From Spirochaetia bacterium (GTDB taxonomy: Bacteria; Spirochaetota; Spirochaetia; SP-2023), in NCBI GenBank assembly GCA_965263295.1, contig OZ253665.1, positions 1,728,001-1,792,000 on the forward strand: a stretch of DNA of 64,000 nucleotides, given 5' to 3'. The position numbers and the translations under genes are program-made. The notes beneath the pieces were generated by a model. It searched no databases and was not told where the DNA came from. It saw only the letters and a list, made by a program, of their open reading frames with translations. Every line of letters starts with the position of its first letter. Position 1 is the first letter of the stretch. This document shows positions 10,861 to 21,272 of the stretch, piece by piece.

Positions 10861-12285
10861 TCAGTACGCCTGACCAATGGCTCTGGGAAAGGGGATCACG
10901 TCGCGAATATTCTTCATGCCCGTGACGTATTGGACCATGCGTTCAAAACCCAGGCCAAAGCCGCTGTGCGGCGTTCCGCCGAAGCGGCGCAGATCCAGAT
11001 ACCACTGATAACGATCCAGCTCCATGCCATCAGACAACATGCGGGCCTTTAACTTGTCGTAATCGTCCTCACGCTGCGAACCACCTATAATTTCCCCCAG
11101 GCGGGGAACCAAGACATCCATGCCGCGCACTGTCCGGCCATCGGCGTTTTGCTTCATGTAAAAAGCCTTACCCGCCGCGGGATAATCATAGACAATCACG
11201 GGTTGTTTAAAATGTTCCTCGGTCAACCAACGTTCGTGTTCGGTCTGCAATCCATCTTCCCAAACTGGGCGGTACTCAAATTTACGGCCTGCGGCGCTAG
11301 CCGCTTTGAGCAATTGAATGGCCTCGGTATAACTGACACGCACAAACTCCTGACTGCGTATCAGCCCATTTAACGAGCTGAGTAACTCCGCCTCAATCCA
11401 CTTGTCCAGCAACTCCAGTTCCTCGGCACAATCGGCTAGAACGCCAGCCACCAGGTGACGGATAAAAGCTTCGGCCAGCCCCATCAAAGCGTCCAGCTCC
11501 ATAAAAGCCACCTCCGGCTCAATCATCCAGAATTCGGCCAGATGGCGTGCCGTATTGGATTCTTCGGCGCGGAAAGTCGGGCCAAAAGTGTATATGCGCG
11601 AATGGGAGTGGGCATATACCTCGCCCTCCAACTGCCCAGAGACGCTCAGATAGGCCTCCTGGCCGAAAAAGTGCCCGCGCCTTTTACCCTCTGTTTCCTT
11701 TAAGTAGGCTGTGGATTCCACCTGAAACAGTTCCCCGGCACCCTCGGCGTCGGAGACGGTAATAATTGGGGTGTGCACATAATAAAAACCGTGCTGCTGG
11801 AAAAACTCATGCACCAAGATGCTCAGGCGGTTGCGCACCCGCATCACCGCGCCAATACTGTTGCTACGGCTGCGAAGATGACTGATTTCTCGCAGAAACT
11901 CAAAACTGTGGCGCTTTTTTTGTAGCGGGTACTCCCCCTGGGGGGCCACGCCCAGGAGCTCAACACTCTGGGCCCTGATTTCCACGGCCTGCCCCTGGCC
12001 CTCGCTGGCAACGAGCATGCCGCGCACGCGCACGGACGCCCCGTTGTCCACTTGCTCAAAGTCGTCGCAAACGCTGCGGCAATCGTTATCCACCACGACC
12101 TGAATACCACTGACACAAGAACCGTCGTTTAAATTCAGGAAACAAATGTTTTTAGAGTCGCGCCGGCTGCGCACCCAGGCGCAGAGCTCAATATCTTTTG
12201 CGAGCTTCCCACCGGGATTTTCGCTGGCGAGTAACTCTTTCACGTTTGGGGCCAGGGTAAAGGTAAACAGCGGACTCATGAGCAT
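10861..12285 (-). CDS. asnS: Asparagine--tRNA ligase
   Basis: LNDGS, YPLQKK, DAEGAGELF, GPTFRAE, RHLAEFWMIEPE, GFGLGFER; start placed at ATG 12285 behind an AAGGA RBS. Confidence 0.96.
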   Translation of the reverse strand: MLMSPLFTFTLAPNVKELLASENPGGKLAKDIELCAWVRSRRDSKNICFLNLNDGSCVSGIQVVVDNDCRSVCDDFEQVDNGASVRVRGMLVASEGQGQAVEIRAQSVELLGVAPQGEYPLQKKRHSFEFLREISHLRSRSNSIGAVMRVRNRLSILVHEFFQQHGFYYVHTPIITVSDAEGAGELFQVESTAYLKETEGKRRGHFFGQEAYLSVSGQLEGEVYAHSHSRIYTFGPTFRAEESNTARHLAEFWMIEPEVAFMELDALMGLAEAFIRHLVAGVLADCAEELELLDKWIEAELLSSLNGLIRSQEFVRVSYTEAIQLLKAASAAGRKFEYRPVWEDGLQTEHERWLTEEHFKQPVIVYDYPAAGKAFYMKQNADGRTVRGMDVLVPRLGEIIGGSQREDDYDKLKARMLSDGMELDRYQWYLDLRRFGGTPHSGFGLGFERMVQYVTGMKNIRDVIPFPRAIGQAY

Positions 12286-12527
12286 ATCCTTTGCAATCAG
12301 AAATTTCGGCCGCGATTGTAGCAAAGTGTGCGGGCTTTGTCAGGCCGGGCTGCCACTTGGTTTTATCGTTGGGATAGATTTTTTCCAGCTTAACGATCAA
12401 TTAAGCAATTATTACAATTTTAATCAATATTTTGCATTATAATATAAATTATTTAATTCTATTATAGATAATTTTCTTGATATATGAGTGTATAATATGT
12501 TAGAATAATTATAAGGAGATTATATTC

Positions 12528-13454
12528 ATGAAAAATTTTTACTTTTACTTATTATCATTTTTAATTTTATACTCTTGTAATCAAAATAAATCTTCAATTG
12601 ATAATGGAAATTCAGCAAATAAAATTGTAATTGGAATGTCATTCCAAGAGATGAATAATCCATATTTCGTCGTCATGCTTGAAGCATTTGAAACTGCGGT
12701 AGCTTCCGTAGGAGGTGTTGCACATACCGCTGACGCACAGCATGACGTTACAAAACAAATTAATGATATTGAAGACATGGTGCAAAAGGGAATAGATATT
12801 TTGATTGTCAATCCTACGGACACAGAAGGGGTTAAGACGGCCGTCGAGACAGCTAAAGCTGCCGGGGTAATTGTCGTCGCTGTCGACGCCCAAGCCGCAG
12901 GTGTCAATGTATTTGTCGGTTCGCGCAACTATGATGCCGGCGTGCAAGCCGGTGAGGCTTTAGCCCAGGCCATAGCGGGCAGCGGAGAGGTCGCAATACT
13001 AGATGGCATACCGGTAGTGCCGATCTTGGAACGCGTGCGGGGATTCAAAGATGCGATAGCCAAATACCCCGACATTCAGATTGTGAATACTCAGAATGGC
13101 AAGCAGGCACGCGACGTGGCAATGACCGTGACAGAAAACATATTGCAGGCTGCCCCAGAGTTAAAAGGCATATTTTCTGTAAACGACGAGGGTTCCTTGG
13201 GGGCATTGGCCGCTATTGAAGCTTCTGGCCGCGATGTCAAGCTGACCAGCGTAGATGGAGCGCCTGAAGCAGTCAAAGCGATAGCTAAAGGTGGGGCCTT
13301 TGTCGCCACTTCAGCGCAATTCCCACGCGATATGATTCGCATTGGCTTGGGAATGGCCTTGGCCCAATATTGGGGAGCCAGGGTCGTGCCTGAGACAATT
13401 CCGTTGGATGTTAAGCTCATTGATAAAACCGCAGCCACAACATTTAGCTGGTAG
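12528..13454 (+). CDS. Sugar/polyol ABC transporter substrate-binding lipoprotein (RbsB-like)
   Basis: Lipobox-like LILYSC, NNPYF, periplasmic binding protein type I motifs, AAGGAG RBS. Confidence 0.92.
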   Translation: MKNFYFYLLSFLILYSCNQNKSSIDNGNSANKIVIGMSFQEMNNPYFVVMLEAFETAVASVGGVAHTADAQHDVTKQINDIEDMVQKGIDILIVNPTDTEGVKTAVETAKAAGVIVVAVDAQAAGVNVFVGSRNYDAGVQAGEALAQAIAGSGEVAILDGIPVVPILERVRGFKDAIAKYPDIQIVNTQNGKQARDVAMTVTENILQAAPELKGIFSVNDEGSLGALAAIEASGRDVKLTSVDGAPEAVKAIAKGGAFVATSAQFPRDMIRIGLGMALAQYWGARVVPETIPLDVKLIDKTAATTFSW

Positions 13455-13482
13455 ATTTACCGCAAACGAGAGATTTCTTTGT

Positions 13483-14937
13483 ATGGAGCCAGTAATTGAA
13501 TTGCGCAAGATCACCAAAAGTTTTTTTGACGTCAAGGTGCTGCACAATGTCGACTTGGCCGTTGGAAGAGGCGAAATACACGCTTTGCTAGGCGAAAATG
13601 GCGCCGGGAAATCGACACTGATGAAAATTCTTTCCGGCCTCTATCCGGCATCTTCAGGCAAGATAATCAAGGATGGAGAACCGGTCACCTTGACCTCGGT
13701 CCGGGACGCCCATAAACATGGTATCAATACCATATTTCAGGAACTCAGTCTCATAAGCAATATGAATACATGGCAAAATATTTTTTTAGGTCGGGAAAAG
13801 TTTTCAAAATATCATCTTGATAAAAGATATATGCGGAAAAAAGCGCGCAGCATATTGCTCTCGCTCGAAATTGATCTGGATATTGACTTGCCTGTCTGCA
13901 ATTTAAGTATTGCGAACAGGCAGTTTGTCGAGATTGCAAAGGCCCTGCTTGAGGATTCCGATGTATTAATTCTGGACGAGCCGACTTCCACATTGACTCC
14001 CAATGAAGTGGAACATTTGTTCAACGTAATGCGCAGACTGAGGGACCGTGGTGTCGCCATGATATTTATCAGTCACCACCTAGATGAGTTATTTGAGATC
14101 TGCCAGAGGGTGACAATATTGCGAGACGGAAATTGCGTTGGCGTTTACCAGTTGGCCGAATTGAATCAAAAACAGCTGATATCTCTGATGGTTGGACGTG
14201 AAAACACGACAAATTATCCGAATAAACGGGAAATTCCGAAAAATCCACAAGATCTTTTCAGAGTAGGCCCCGAGCCGGCAAGGCAGAGCGGATTTCAGGT
14301 TAGGCGAGGCGAGATACTGGGGGTCTTTGGTCTCGTAGGTGCCGGGCGCACCGAATTAATGTTGAAAATCTTGGGCCTGCGGGGAAAATATGGCGGCACA
14401 ATTGACTTCAAGGGCAAGCCTGTCGGCTTGAGAGACTCCGTGAAGGCTTTAAAATTGGGCATAGGACTCTTGCCTGAAGATCGAAAGTTCGCGGGCTTAA
14501 TGCTTAATACGTCAGTCTTTTACAATACAATCATCAACAATATACAGGGCTTCTTTTTTCGCAGAAATAGGGAAAGAACCAAGGCCATCCAGTCAACGCG
14601 CAAAATACATGTCAAATCGGCCGGCATCGACCAGGAAGTCAAGTATTTAAGTGGGGGCAATCAGCAGAAAGTCATAATTGCCCGATGCTTATGCGCCAAT
14701 TGTGAGCTCTTGATTTTCGATGAACCGACACGTGGGATTGATGTGGGGGCAAAGCATGAGATTTATAACTTGATGGATCAGTTTGTCCGAGAAGGAAACG
14801 CGATAATCATGATTTCATCTGAGATGAATGAATTGGTTGGGATGAGCGATCGTATTATTGTAATGAAAAATGATGAGATTACGGCCACGCTCAATTCTGA
14901 CTTTGAACCCAAGCAAATTTTGGCAAATGCAATATGA
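13483..14937 (+). CDS. Sugar ABC transporter ATP-binding protein (RbsA-like, two ABC domains)
   Basis: GENGAGKSTLMK, ILDEPT, LSGGNQQK, DEPTRGIDVGAK; start moved to ATG 13483. Confidence 0.96.
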   Translation: MEPVIELRKITKSFFDVKVLHNVDLAVGRGEIHALLGENGAGKSTLMKILSGLYPASSGKIIKDGEPVTLTSVRDAHKHGINTIFQELSLISNMNTWQNIFLGREKFSKYHLDKRYMRKKARSILLSLEIDLDIDLPVCNLSIANRQFVEIAKALLEDSDVLILDEPTSTLTPNEVEHLFNVMRRLRDRGVAMIFISHHLDELFEICQRVTILRDGNCVGVYQLAELNQKQLISLMVGRENTTNYPNKREIPKNPQDLFRVGPEPARQSGFQVRRGEILGVFGLVGAGRTELMLKILGLRGKYGGTIDFKGKPVGLRDSVKALKLGIGLLPEDRKFAGLMLNTSVFYNTIINNIQGFFFRRNRERTKAIQSTRKIHVKSAGIDQEVKYLSGGNQQKVIIARCLCANCELLIFDEPTRGIDVGAKHEIYNLMDQFVREGNAIIMISSEMNELVGMSDRIIVMKNDEITATLNSDFEPKQILANAI

Positions 14938-14949
14938 GGTTCATATAAT

Positions 14950-15873
14950 ATGTTTAGCAGAATTCTCAAGAACAGTTATATTTTGCCACTATTAGCATTG
15001 TTAATGATTTTTTTAGTATTGTCATTCTTATCAGAGCACTTCCTGGATTTCAAGAATTTAAATGCCGTTCTGCGTCAGTCATCAATTTATGCGTTATTGG
15101 CCTTCGGCATGACTATCGTGATATTGACGGGCGGCATTGATCTCTCGGTGGGGGCTGTCTCCGCCTTGATTGGAACGCTTTTCGCGGGAATGGTCGCGAG
15201 CTCAATGCCGCCGGGAATGGCCGCGGTTATCGCACTTGGTTTAGCGGCAATAATAGGATTATGCAATGGTTTAATCGTCACCCAATTACAGCTGCCATCC
15301 ATTGTTGTCACGCTGGCCATGATGTTGATTGCGCGGGGAATAGCCTTGGTTTATACCGGGGGCTATCCCATATCTGGTTTGCCGGATTCTTTTAGAATGA
15401 TTGGGACAAAAGGCTTCCCTTTTTTGATTGCCATCACAACATTTATGCTGTTTTGGTACTTTTTGACACAAACGCGGGCAGGTAAGTATCTGTATGCAAT
15501 TGGGGATAATGAAACAGCTGTCTTGTATTCGGGCATAAATATAAACAAATATAAGCGATTGGCCTATATCTTGTGCTCATTGTGTGCTGGTATTGGGGGA
15601 ATTGTCTTGGCATCGCGCACGGGTAGTGGCCAGCCAAATTCGGCAAATGGTTTTGAACTCACTGCCATTGCCGCAGTTGTTCTGGGGGGTACCTTAATTA
15701 CTGGCGGCAAGGGAAGTCTGCTGGGGACTCTAATCGGGGCCTTGACGCTCGGTTTTATCAATAATGGGCTGAATCTTTTAGGTATTAATCCGTTTGCCCA
15801 ACAAATAGTTAAAGGGGTGATCATACTCCTGGCCATATCTGCAAGTGCTTTAAGGACAAAAATAAAATATTAG
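14950..15873 (+). CDS. Sugar ABC transporter permease (RbsC-like)
   Basis: GGIDLSVG, AIAAVVLGGT, multiple TM segments. Confidence 0.96.
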   Translation: MFSRILKNSYILPLLALLMIFLVLSFLSEHFLDFKNLNAVLRQSSIYALLAFGMTIVILTGGIDLSVGAVSALIGTLFAGMVASSMPPGMAAVIALGLAAIIGLCNGLIVTQLQLPSIVVTLAMMLIARGIALVYTGGYPISGLPDSFRMIGTKGFPFLIAITTFMLFWYFLTQTRAGKYLYAIGDNETAVLYSGININKYKRLAYILCSLCAGIGGIVLASRTGSGQPNSANGFELTAIAAVVLGGTLITGGKGSLLGTLIGALTLGFINNGLNLLGINPFAQQIVKGVIILLAISASALRTKIKY

Positions 15874-15880
15874 AGGAGAC

Positions 15881-16978
15881 TTGATCATGAAGGATATTCC
15901 CCAAAAAATACTGGCTATTGTCAATCACGGACCGAATGATTACCGGCTAGAGACGCTACCTTGTCCGCGACCCCAAGCCAGGGAACTATTAGTAAAAGTA
16001 GAAGCTTGCGGTATTTGTGGTTCTGATGGTAAATGCATGCACGGTGCGGCCATGTATTGGAGCGGAGAAAACCCAGGAGCTGATTCCTGGGTTAAGACTC
16101 CTGTGATCCCTGGGCATGAGTTTGTCGGTCATGTAGCCGCGGCGGGAGCTGGGGCAGAAGAACACTTCGGCGTAAAGGTGGGAGATCGGGTTACCGCGGA
16201 GCAGATCATTCCCTGCGGGAAATGTATGTTCTGTAAATCTGGTCGATATTGGATGTGCGAACAGCACGACATATTCGGTTTTCAAGGGGGGCGCTCCGAT
16301 GGTGCCATGGCCGAATACATGATCTTTAATCAAGATTGTATCGTTCACAAGGTGCCGGCGGAATTGACGTTAGAAGATGCCGCTTTTATTGAGCCCTTGG
16401 CTTGCGGGATTCATGCGGTGGAGCGAGCCCAAGTCTTCTTGCGCGACGTTGTCGTGGTGGCCGGTGCGGGGCCTATCGGTTTGGGTATTATCCAGACTCT
16501 GGCATTACAGAACCCCAAAGAGTTGATTGTTCTAGATCTGGATAATAAGCGTCTAGAACTATGTCGCCAGTTCGGGGCCTCAATCACTCTGAACCCCAAA
16601 GACGTCGATGTGGTCGGAAAAGTAAAAGAGCTTACCGGCGGCTACGGGTGCGATATTTACATCGAAGCCTCTGGGCATCCTGCCGGTGTCCGGCAGGGAC
16701 TGGAGATGATCCGTCGTCTGGGGCGCTTTGTCGAGATGAGTGTATTTGGCGAGGATGTCAAAACCGACTGGTCGGTGATCGGCGACCGCAAGGAACTCGA
16801 TATCTTGGGGACCCATTTAGGTCCATACTGTTACCCGATCGCCATTGACCTTCTGCGCAAAGGGAAAATCTCGGCTCGTGATATTGTGACGCATAAATTT
16901 GCCCTCAAAGACTTTGCCGAGGCGATGGAAATGGCTTCACAGCCAGATAAGAGCATTAAAGTATTACTTTTGCCGTAA
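15881..16978 (+). CDS. Zn-dependent polyol dehydrogenase (erythritol/L-threitol/xylitol dehydrogenase-like)
   Basis: GICGSD, GHEFVG, four-Cys structural Zn site, GAGPIG; DWSVIGDRKELD...HLGPYC tail recalled from EltD-like enzymes. Confidence 0.85.
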   Translation: MIMKDIPQKILAIVNHGPNDYRLETLPCPRPQARELLVKVEACGICGSDGKCMHGAAMYWSGENPGADSWVKTPVIPGHEFVGHVAAAGAGAEEHFGVKVGDRVTAEQIIPCGKCMFCKSGRYWMCEQHDIFGFQGGRSDGAMAEYMIFNQDCIVHKVPAELTLEDAAFIEPLACGIHAVERAQVFLRDVVVVAGAGPIGLGIIQTLALQNPKELIVLDLDNKRLELCRQFGASITLNPKDVDVVGKVKELTGGYGCDIYIEASGHPAGVRQGLEMIRRLGRFVEMSVFGEDVKTDWSVIGDRKELDILGTHLGPYCYPIAIDLLRKGKISARDIVTHKFALKDFAEAMEMASQPDKSIKVLLLP

Positions 16979-17035
16979 GGCCGTTCCACAGTTTTTCAGT
17001 GGCTACGTTGCGCCAGCCATAATTAAGGAGCCCGT

Positions 17036-18712
17036 ATGCAAGCAGAGGGGCCGACCCAATGCGGCCAAAACTATTTGGGAATTGAGCTGGGTTCGACACG
17101 CATTAAAGCGGTATTGATTGACTCGACGGGCAAGGTGCTGGCCGCGGGAGGGCACCGTTGGCAAAGTAGCCTGCAGGGCGGCACATGGACCTACCCCCTG
17201 GCGCAAGTTCACGGCGGCCTGCAGGCCGCCTATGCCGAGCTGAAGCAAAACTTCCACCAGAATTATGCTGCGACCCTGCGGCGAATCAGTGTCGTGGGCG
17301 TGAGTGCCATGATGCACGGTTATTTGGCCTTTGACGCCCAGGAGCGCCAACTGGTCGAATTCCGCACTTGGCGCAATACGACGACCAGTCGAGCCGCCGC
17401 GCGGCTCAGTGAGTTGTTTGAGTGCAATATCCCGCAGCGCTGGAGCATCGCCCACTTGTATCAGGCGATATTAAACGGTGAACCCCACGTTGCCGAACTG
17501 GCCCACATAACGACATTGGCCGGTTACATCCACTGGCAGCTGACAGGTGAAAGGAATTTGGGAATTGGCGATGCCTCAGGCATGTTCCCCGTTGGTGGAG
17601 ACGACTGGGACACCAGCATGCTCAAGCAATTTGACGAGTTGCTCCATGGAGTCGATGGGAGCCATGGGGGTCATGGGGGCCATGGGGGCCAATCGACACA
17701 GGGGACCCAATCGACCCAGGGGACACAGGGGACACAAGGGCGCGAGTTCCCGTGGAAGCTCAGGGATCTGCTGCCGCAAGTAAAGCTTGCCGGTCAAGAA
17801 GCCGGCCGGCTCACACAGCGCGGGGCCCTCATGCTCGACCCCGCTGGCGATCTGCAGCCGGGCGCCTTGCTTTGCCCCGCCGAAGGTGACGCCGCGACAG
17901 GAATGGTGGCGACGAATTCGGTGGCCGCGCGCACGGGCAACGTTTCGGCGGGGACCTCAATATTTGCCATGTTGGTACTGGAAAAAAAACTTTCCCAAAT
18001 TCGCCGTGAGGTTGACTTGGTGTCGACACCACAAGGCCTACCGGTCGCCATGGTCCATTGCAACAACGGTTGTAGCGATATCGATGCCTGGATCGGGCTC
18101 TTCGGCGAGGCCGCCGAGCTCATGGGGGCCCGCTTTGACGTCGACAAGCTGTTTCAGGCCATGTATCGCAAGGCGCTGGAAGGCAAACCCGATTGCGCCG
18201 GTTTTTTGCACTATGGCTATGTCGCCGGAGAAGACATGGTCGAGCTTCTTGAGGGGCGGCCACTATTCGTACGGCATGCAGGCAGCCCGCTGAATTTGGC
18301 CGACTTCATGCGCAGCCAAATCTATGCTTCGCTATGTGCCTTACGCATCGGCCTCGACATTCTGATGAAAGACGAGGGTGTGCGGGTAGACGACATTCGC
18401 GGACACGGCGGTTTTTTTAAGACGGCAGTGGTGGGTCAACGGATGATGGCGGCGGCGACAGGAATCCCTGTCACGGTAATCGAAAGCGCGGGCGAAGGCG
18501 GAGCCTGGGGTATGGCATTGTTGGCCTACTTTGCGGCGCAGACGAACAAATCTAGCCTGCCGGAATTCCTGCAGGGCATCTTTGCGGGGCGCATGGGCGT
18601 GCCACTGCCGCCCGATCCTGCAGATGCCGCAGGTTTCGAACAATATTTGGCCCGTTTCTGCCAGGGGCTGGAAATTGAGCGGAGCGCAGTGGGGCAGCCA
18701 GTAGAGAAATAA
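17036..18712 (+). CDS. FGGY-family pentulose kinase (xylulokinase/ribulokinase-like)
   Basis: LGIELGSTRIKAVLID, SAMMHGY, NVSAGTS, GHGGFFKT, GEGGAWG. Confidence 0.9.
   Translation: MQAEGPTQCGQNYLGIELGSTRIKAVLIDSTGKVLAAGGHRWQSSLQGGTWTYPLAQVHGGLQAAYAELKQNFHQNYAATLRRISVVGVSAMMHGYLAFDAQERQLVEFRTWRNTTTSRAAARLSELFECNIPQRWSIAHLYQAILNGEPHVAELAHITTLAGYIHWQLTGERNLGIGDASGMFPVGGDDWDTSMLKQFDELLHGVDGSHGGHGGHGGQSTQGTQSTQGTQGTQGREFPWKLRDLLPQVKLAGQEAGRLTQRGALMLDPAGDLQPGALLCPAEGDAATGMVATNSVAARTGNVSAGTSIFAMLVLEKKLSQIRREVDLVSTPQGLPVAMVHCNNGCSDIDAWIGLFGEAAELMGARFDVDKLFQAMYRKALEGKPDCAGFLHYGYVAGEDMVELLEGRPLFVRHAGSPLNLADFMRSQIYASLCALRIGLDILMKDEGVRVDDIRGHGGFFKTAVVGQRMMAAATGIPVTVIESAGEGGAWGMALLAYFAAQTNKSSLPEFLQGIFAGRMGVPLPPDPADAAGFEQYLARFCQGLEIERSAVGQPVEK
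17644..17742 (+). repeat. In-frame 9-bp-period tandem repeat tract (about 11 degenerate units) in the kinase
   Basis: CCATGGGGG-type then CCAATCGAC/ACAGGGGAC-type units encoding HGVDGSHGGHGGHGGQSTQGTQSTQGTQGTQG. Confidence 0.9.
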
Positions 18713-18746
18713 TTTAATAAAATAAATAAATTATTTCTCTACTGGC
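18697..18746. terminator. Perfect 20-bp inverted repeat between the convergent kinase and transaldolase genes
   Basis: GCCAGTAGAGAAATAATTTA-10 nt-TAAATTATTTCTCTACTGGC. Confidence 0.75.
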
Positions 18747-18785
18747 AGGGGAAGGCCCTTTTAAAATCTATACAGTGACTATGAT

Positions 18786-19733
18786 CTAAATTTTTTCGCC
18801 GATCATCTGCTTTAGCTTCAGTAGATCCCGATTGAAGAGCCGGATGCCTTCGCCCAGCTTTTCGCTGGCCATGGCGTCTTCATTGTGCAGCCACCGAAAG
18901 TCTTTTTCTTCCAGGTGAATTTTGGCGTCCGCACTCTTCTGTTCCGCGCTCAGTTTGACGGGCAGCTCGCCGTCAAGGGCTTGCAACTCGGACAACAATT
19001 GCGGGGAAATCGTCAGGCGGTCACAACCACAGAGCTCTTCAATCTCGCCGACATTGCGAAACGAAGCGCCCATGACAATGGTTTTGTAGGCGTAAGTCTT
19101 GTAATAGCGATAAATCCGTTGTACCGACACCACGCCTGGATCCTCTTGGGGAGCAAATTCACGGCCTTCTGCCTTTTTGTGCCAGTCCATGATGCGGCCG
19201 ACAAACGGTGAAATCAAGGTCACGCCCGCCTCGGCACAGGCCACGGCCTGGGCAAAAGAAAATAGCAAAGTCAAGTTGCACTGGATAGCTTCCTTTTCCA
19301 AGACGGTCGCGGCTTGAATGCCGGCCCAAGTCGCGGCCATTTTAATCAGGACACGATCGCGTGAATAACCCAGTTCTTCATACCAGGCAATGATCTGACG
19401 GGCTGCGGCTACCGAGGCATCGCGGTCAAAGGATAAAGATGCATCGACTTCCGTCGAAACATAACCCGGCACAATTTTTAGTAGTTCCGCCCCGAAAATA
19501 ACGCCCAGGCGCTGGCAGACCCGGCTAACGAGCTCTGCATTGCCGGCACCCTGCCGCCTTCCCCAGTCGATGGCCGCGTCAAAAAGTTCTTGATACCGCG
19601 GCATGGAAGCGGCACGGAAGATCAACGAGGGATTAGTCGTGCAGTCCTGGGGCTGAAATTCCGTAATGCTGGCGATATCACCAGAGTCGGCAACGACCAC
19701 AGTGTGCTGTTTCAGCTCGTCTAATCGAGACAT
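18786..19733 (-). CDS. tal: Transaldolase (long TalB type)
   Basis: [46 protein letters not shown]. Confidence 0.97.
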   Translation of the reverse strand: MSRLDELKQHTVVVADSGDIASITEFQPQDCTTNPSLIFRAASMPRYQELFDAAIDWGRRQGAGNAELVSRVCQRLGVIFGAELLKIVPGYVSTEVDASLSFDRDASVAAARQIIAWYEELGYSRDRVLIKMAATWAGIQAATVLEKEAIQCNLTLLFSFAQAVACAEAGVTLISPFVGRIMDWHKKAEGREFAPQEDPGVVSVQRIYRYYKTYAYKTIVMGASFRNVGEIEELCGCDRLTISPQLLSELQALDGELPVKLSAEQKSADAKIHLEEKDFRWLHNEDAMASEKLGEGIRLFNRDLLKLKQMIGEKI

Positions 19734-20120
19734 AGGCTCTCCTTGCTTAGCCCCGTCAGCATTTCCAGCTCCTTATCAGAGTGACATTCTCTCTGTTTGT
19801 TTTCGCATTTGTCTTTTCAAAGGCATTTGAAATAGGCGGCTGCAACACAGGGCATTTCCTGATATTCGGTTTTCAAAACCCTAGAAATCATATCGTAATC
19901 AAACGACTTTGCCTATAAAACAGCAGCACTCAATTCAGCAAATCCAGATAATGTGCTAGGCGCTAGATTTGACTCTAAAATTCAATGCCAAATTATTTTT
20001 GGCAAATGGCTATAGATAGCATGACAAAGACTGCGATCTGCGCTAGTATCTTCAGGCTGTTTTGCAACGGCCTATCACTTTGCCATTGAGGCCAGTTTTG
20101 GCAAAGAAAAGAGAGGCGGG

Positions 20121-21176
20121 ATGAGAGAAGAGCGCGAAATCTCACGAAATAACTATGGCAGTGGGGCCTTAGGGACAGCTGGAGAGGGCCAGATTCACGC
20201 GCAAGTCAAGCGCCGCGCCGCTGCCATACTGCGCGTTTCACTGTTCAGCATCTGTGGCAATGGGCTCTTAGCCTTCTTCAAAGTTTCGGTTGGGCTTCTG
20301 GGAAATTCTTTGGCTTTGCTAGGGGATGGCATCGACAGCATTGCCGATACGACTTTTGATATTATCGGTTTGTATACCGCAAGATTATTGATAAAGCCGC
20401 CAGATGCGACTCATCCTTGGGGCTATGGACGGATTGAGGCCATAGCAACGAAGGTATTGTCGATGCTGATGATCTTTGGCTCCCTGCAATTGCTGTTACG
20501 GACGGCCCGCGAGTTGGGGCAAGACTGGGGCTGGCTGGCTGACAGCATCAATACGGCCGTGCTGCCCAGTGTGTTTACCTTGTATATAAGCTTTTTTTCT
20601 TTTCCCATAAAGATCTTACTGGCCTGGTACAAATACCGTGTGGGCAAGCGCATTTGCAGTAAGATGATTGTGGCGGATGCGCGCAACATGCTGAACGACA
20701 GTATTTTGTCCTTGTTGGTGCTGCTCGGCCTGGGCCTGACCTTATGGACTGAGTTGCCGATGCTGGAACATCTATTCGGTCTGGGTGTCGCCTTTTGGAT
20801 TTTGTATGGCGGTCTCAGAATTTTTTTTGAGAGTTCGCACGAATTGATGGATCGCAATGAGGATACCGGGCATTATCATCTGGTCTTTGAATCGGTAGAG
20901 AGTATTCCCGAACTAAGCCACCCACACCGCTTGCGCATCCGTAAGATTAGTAATCTGTACGAAATAATTCTAGATGTCCTGGCCCCAGCCGACTTGCGAC
21001 TGGACGAAGCCCACATACTTGTCGAAAGGGTTGAAGCTGCCATTCGCCAACGTATACCCAACATTTTTGACATCGTTGTGCATTTGGAACCTCAAGACAT
21101 TTCTGCGGATCACGAAAAAGAAGAAGGCTTCGGCATAAGTCCTGAAGCTTTAGAAATTCTTGAGGGCGATAGCTAG
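20121..21176 (+). CDS. Cation diffusion facilitator family transporter
   Basis: SLALLGDGIDS, PPDATHPWGYGRIE, C-terminal VVHLEP. Confidence 0.92.
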   Translation: MREEREISRNNYGSGALGTAGEGQIHAQVKRRAAAILRVSLFSICGNGLLAFFKVSVGLLGNSLALLGDGIDSIADTTFDIIGLYTARLLIKPPDATHPWGYGRIEAIATKVLSMLMIFGSLQLLLRTARELGQDWGWLADSINTAVLPSVFTLYISFFSFPIKILLAWYKYRVGKRICSKMIVADARNMLNDSILSLLVLLGLGLTLWTELPMLEHLFGLGVAFWILYGGLRIFFESSHELMDRNEDTGHYHLVFESVESIPELSHPHRLRIRKISNLYEIILDVLAPADLRLDEAHILVERVEAAIRQRIPNIFDIVVHLEPQDISADHEKEEGFGISPEALEILEGDS

Positions 21177-21272
21177 CATTGGGTTTCCTGGCGCTCTGCA
21201 TCGTGTTCTCCATGTTCATCCATGCTGGCTGGACTGGCGGCATGATGCTCAAAAGCCTGTAAATCGCGAAAT

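Noticed and set aside
19925..19960. CIRCE-like half sites AGCACTC and GTGCTA
   Set aside because: Spacing is far from the 9-bp spacer and the flanking genes are not heat-shock genes.
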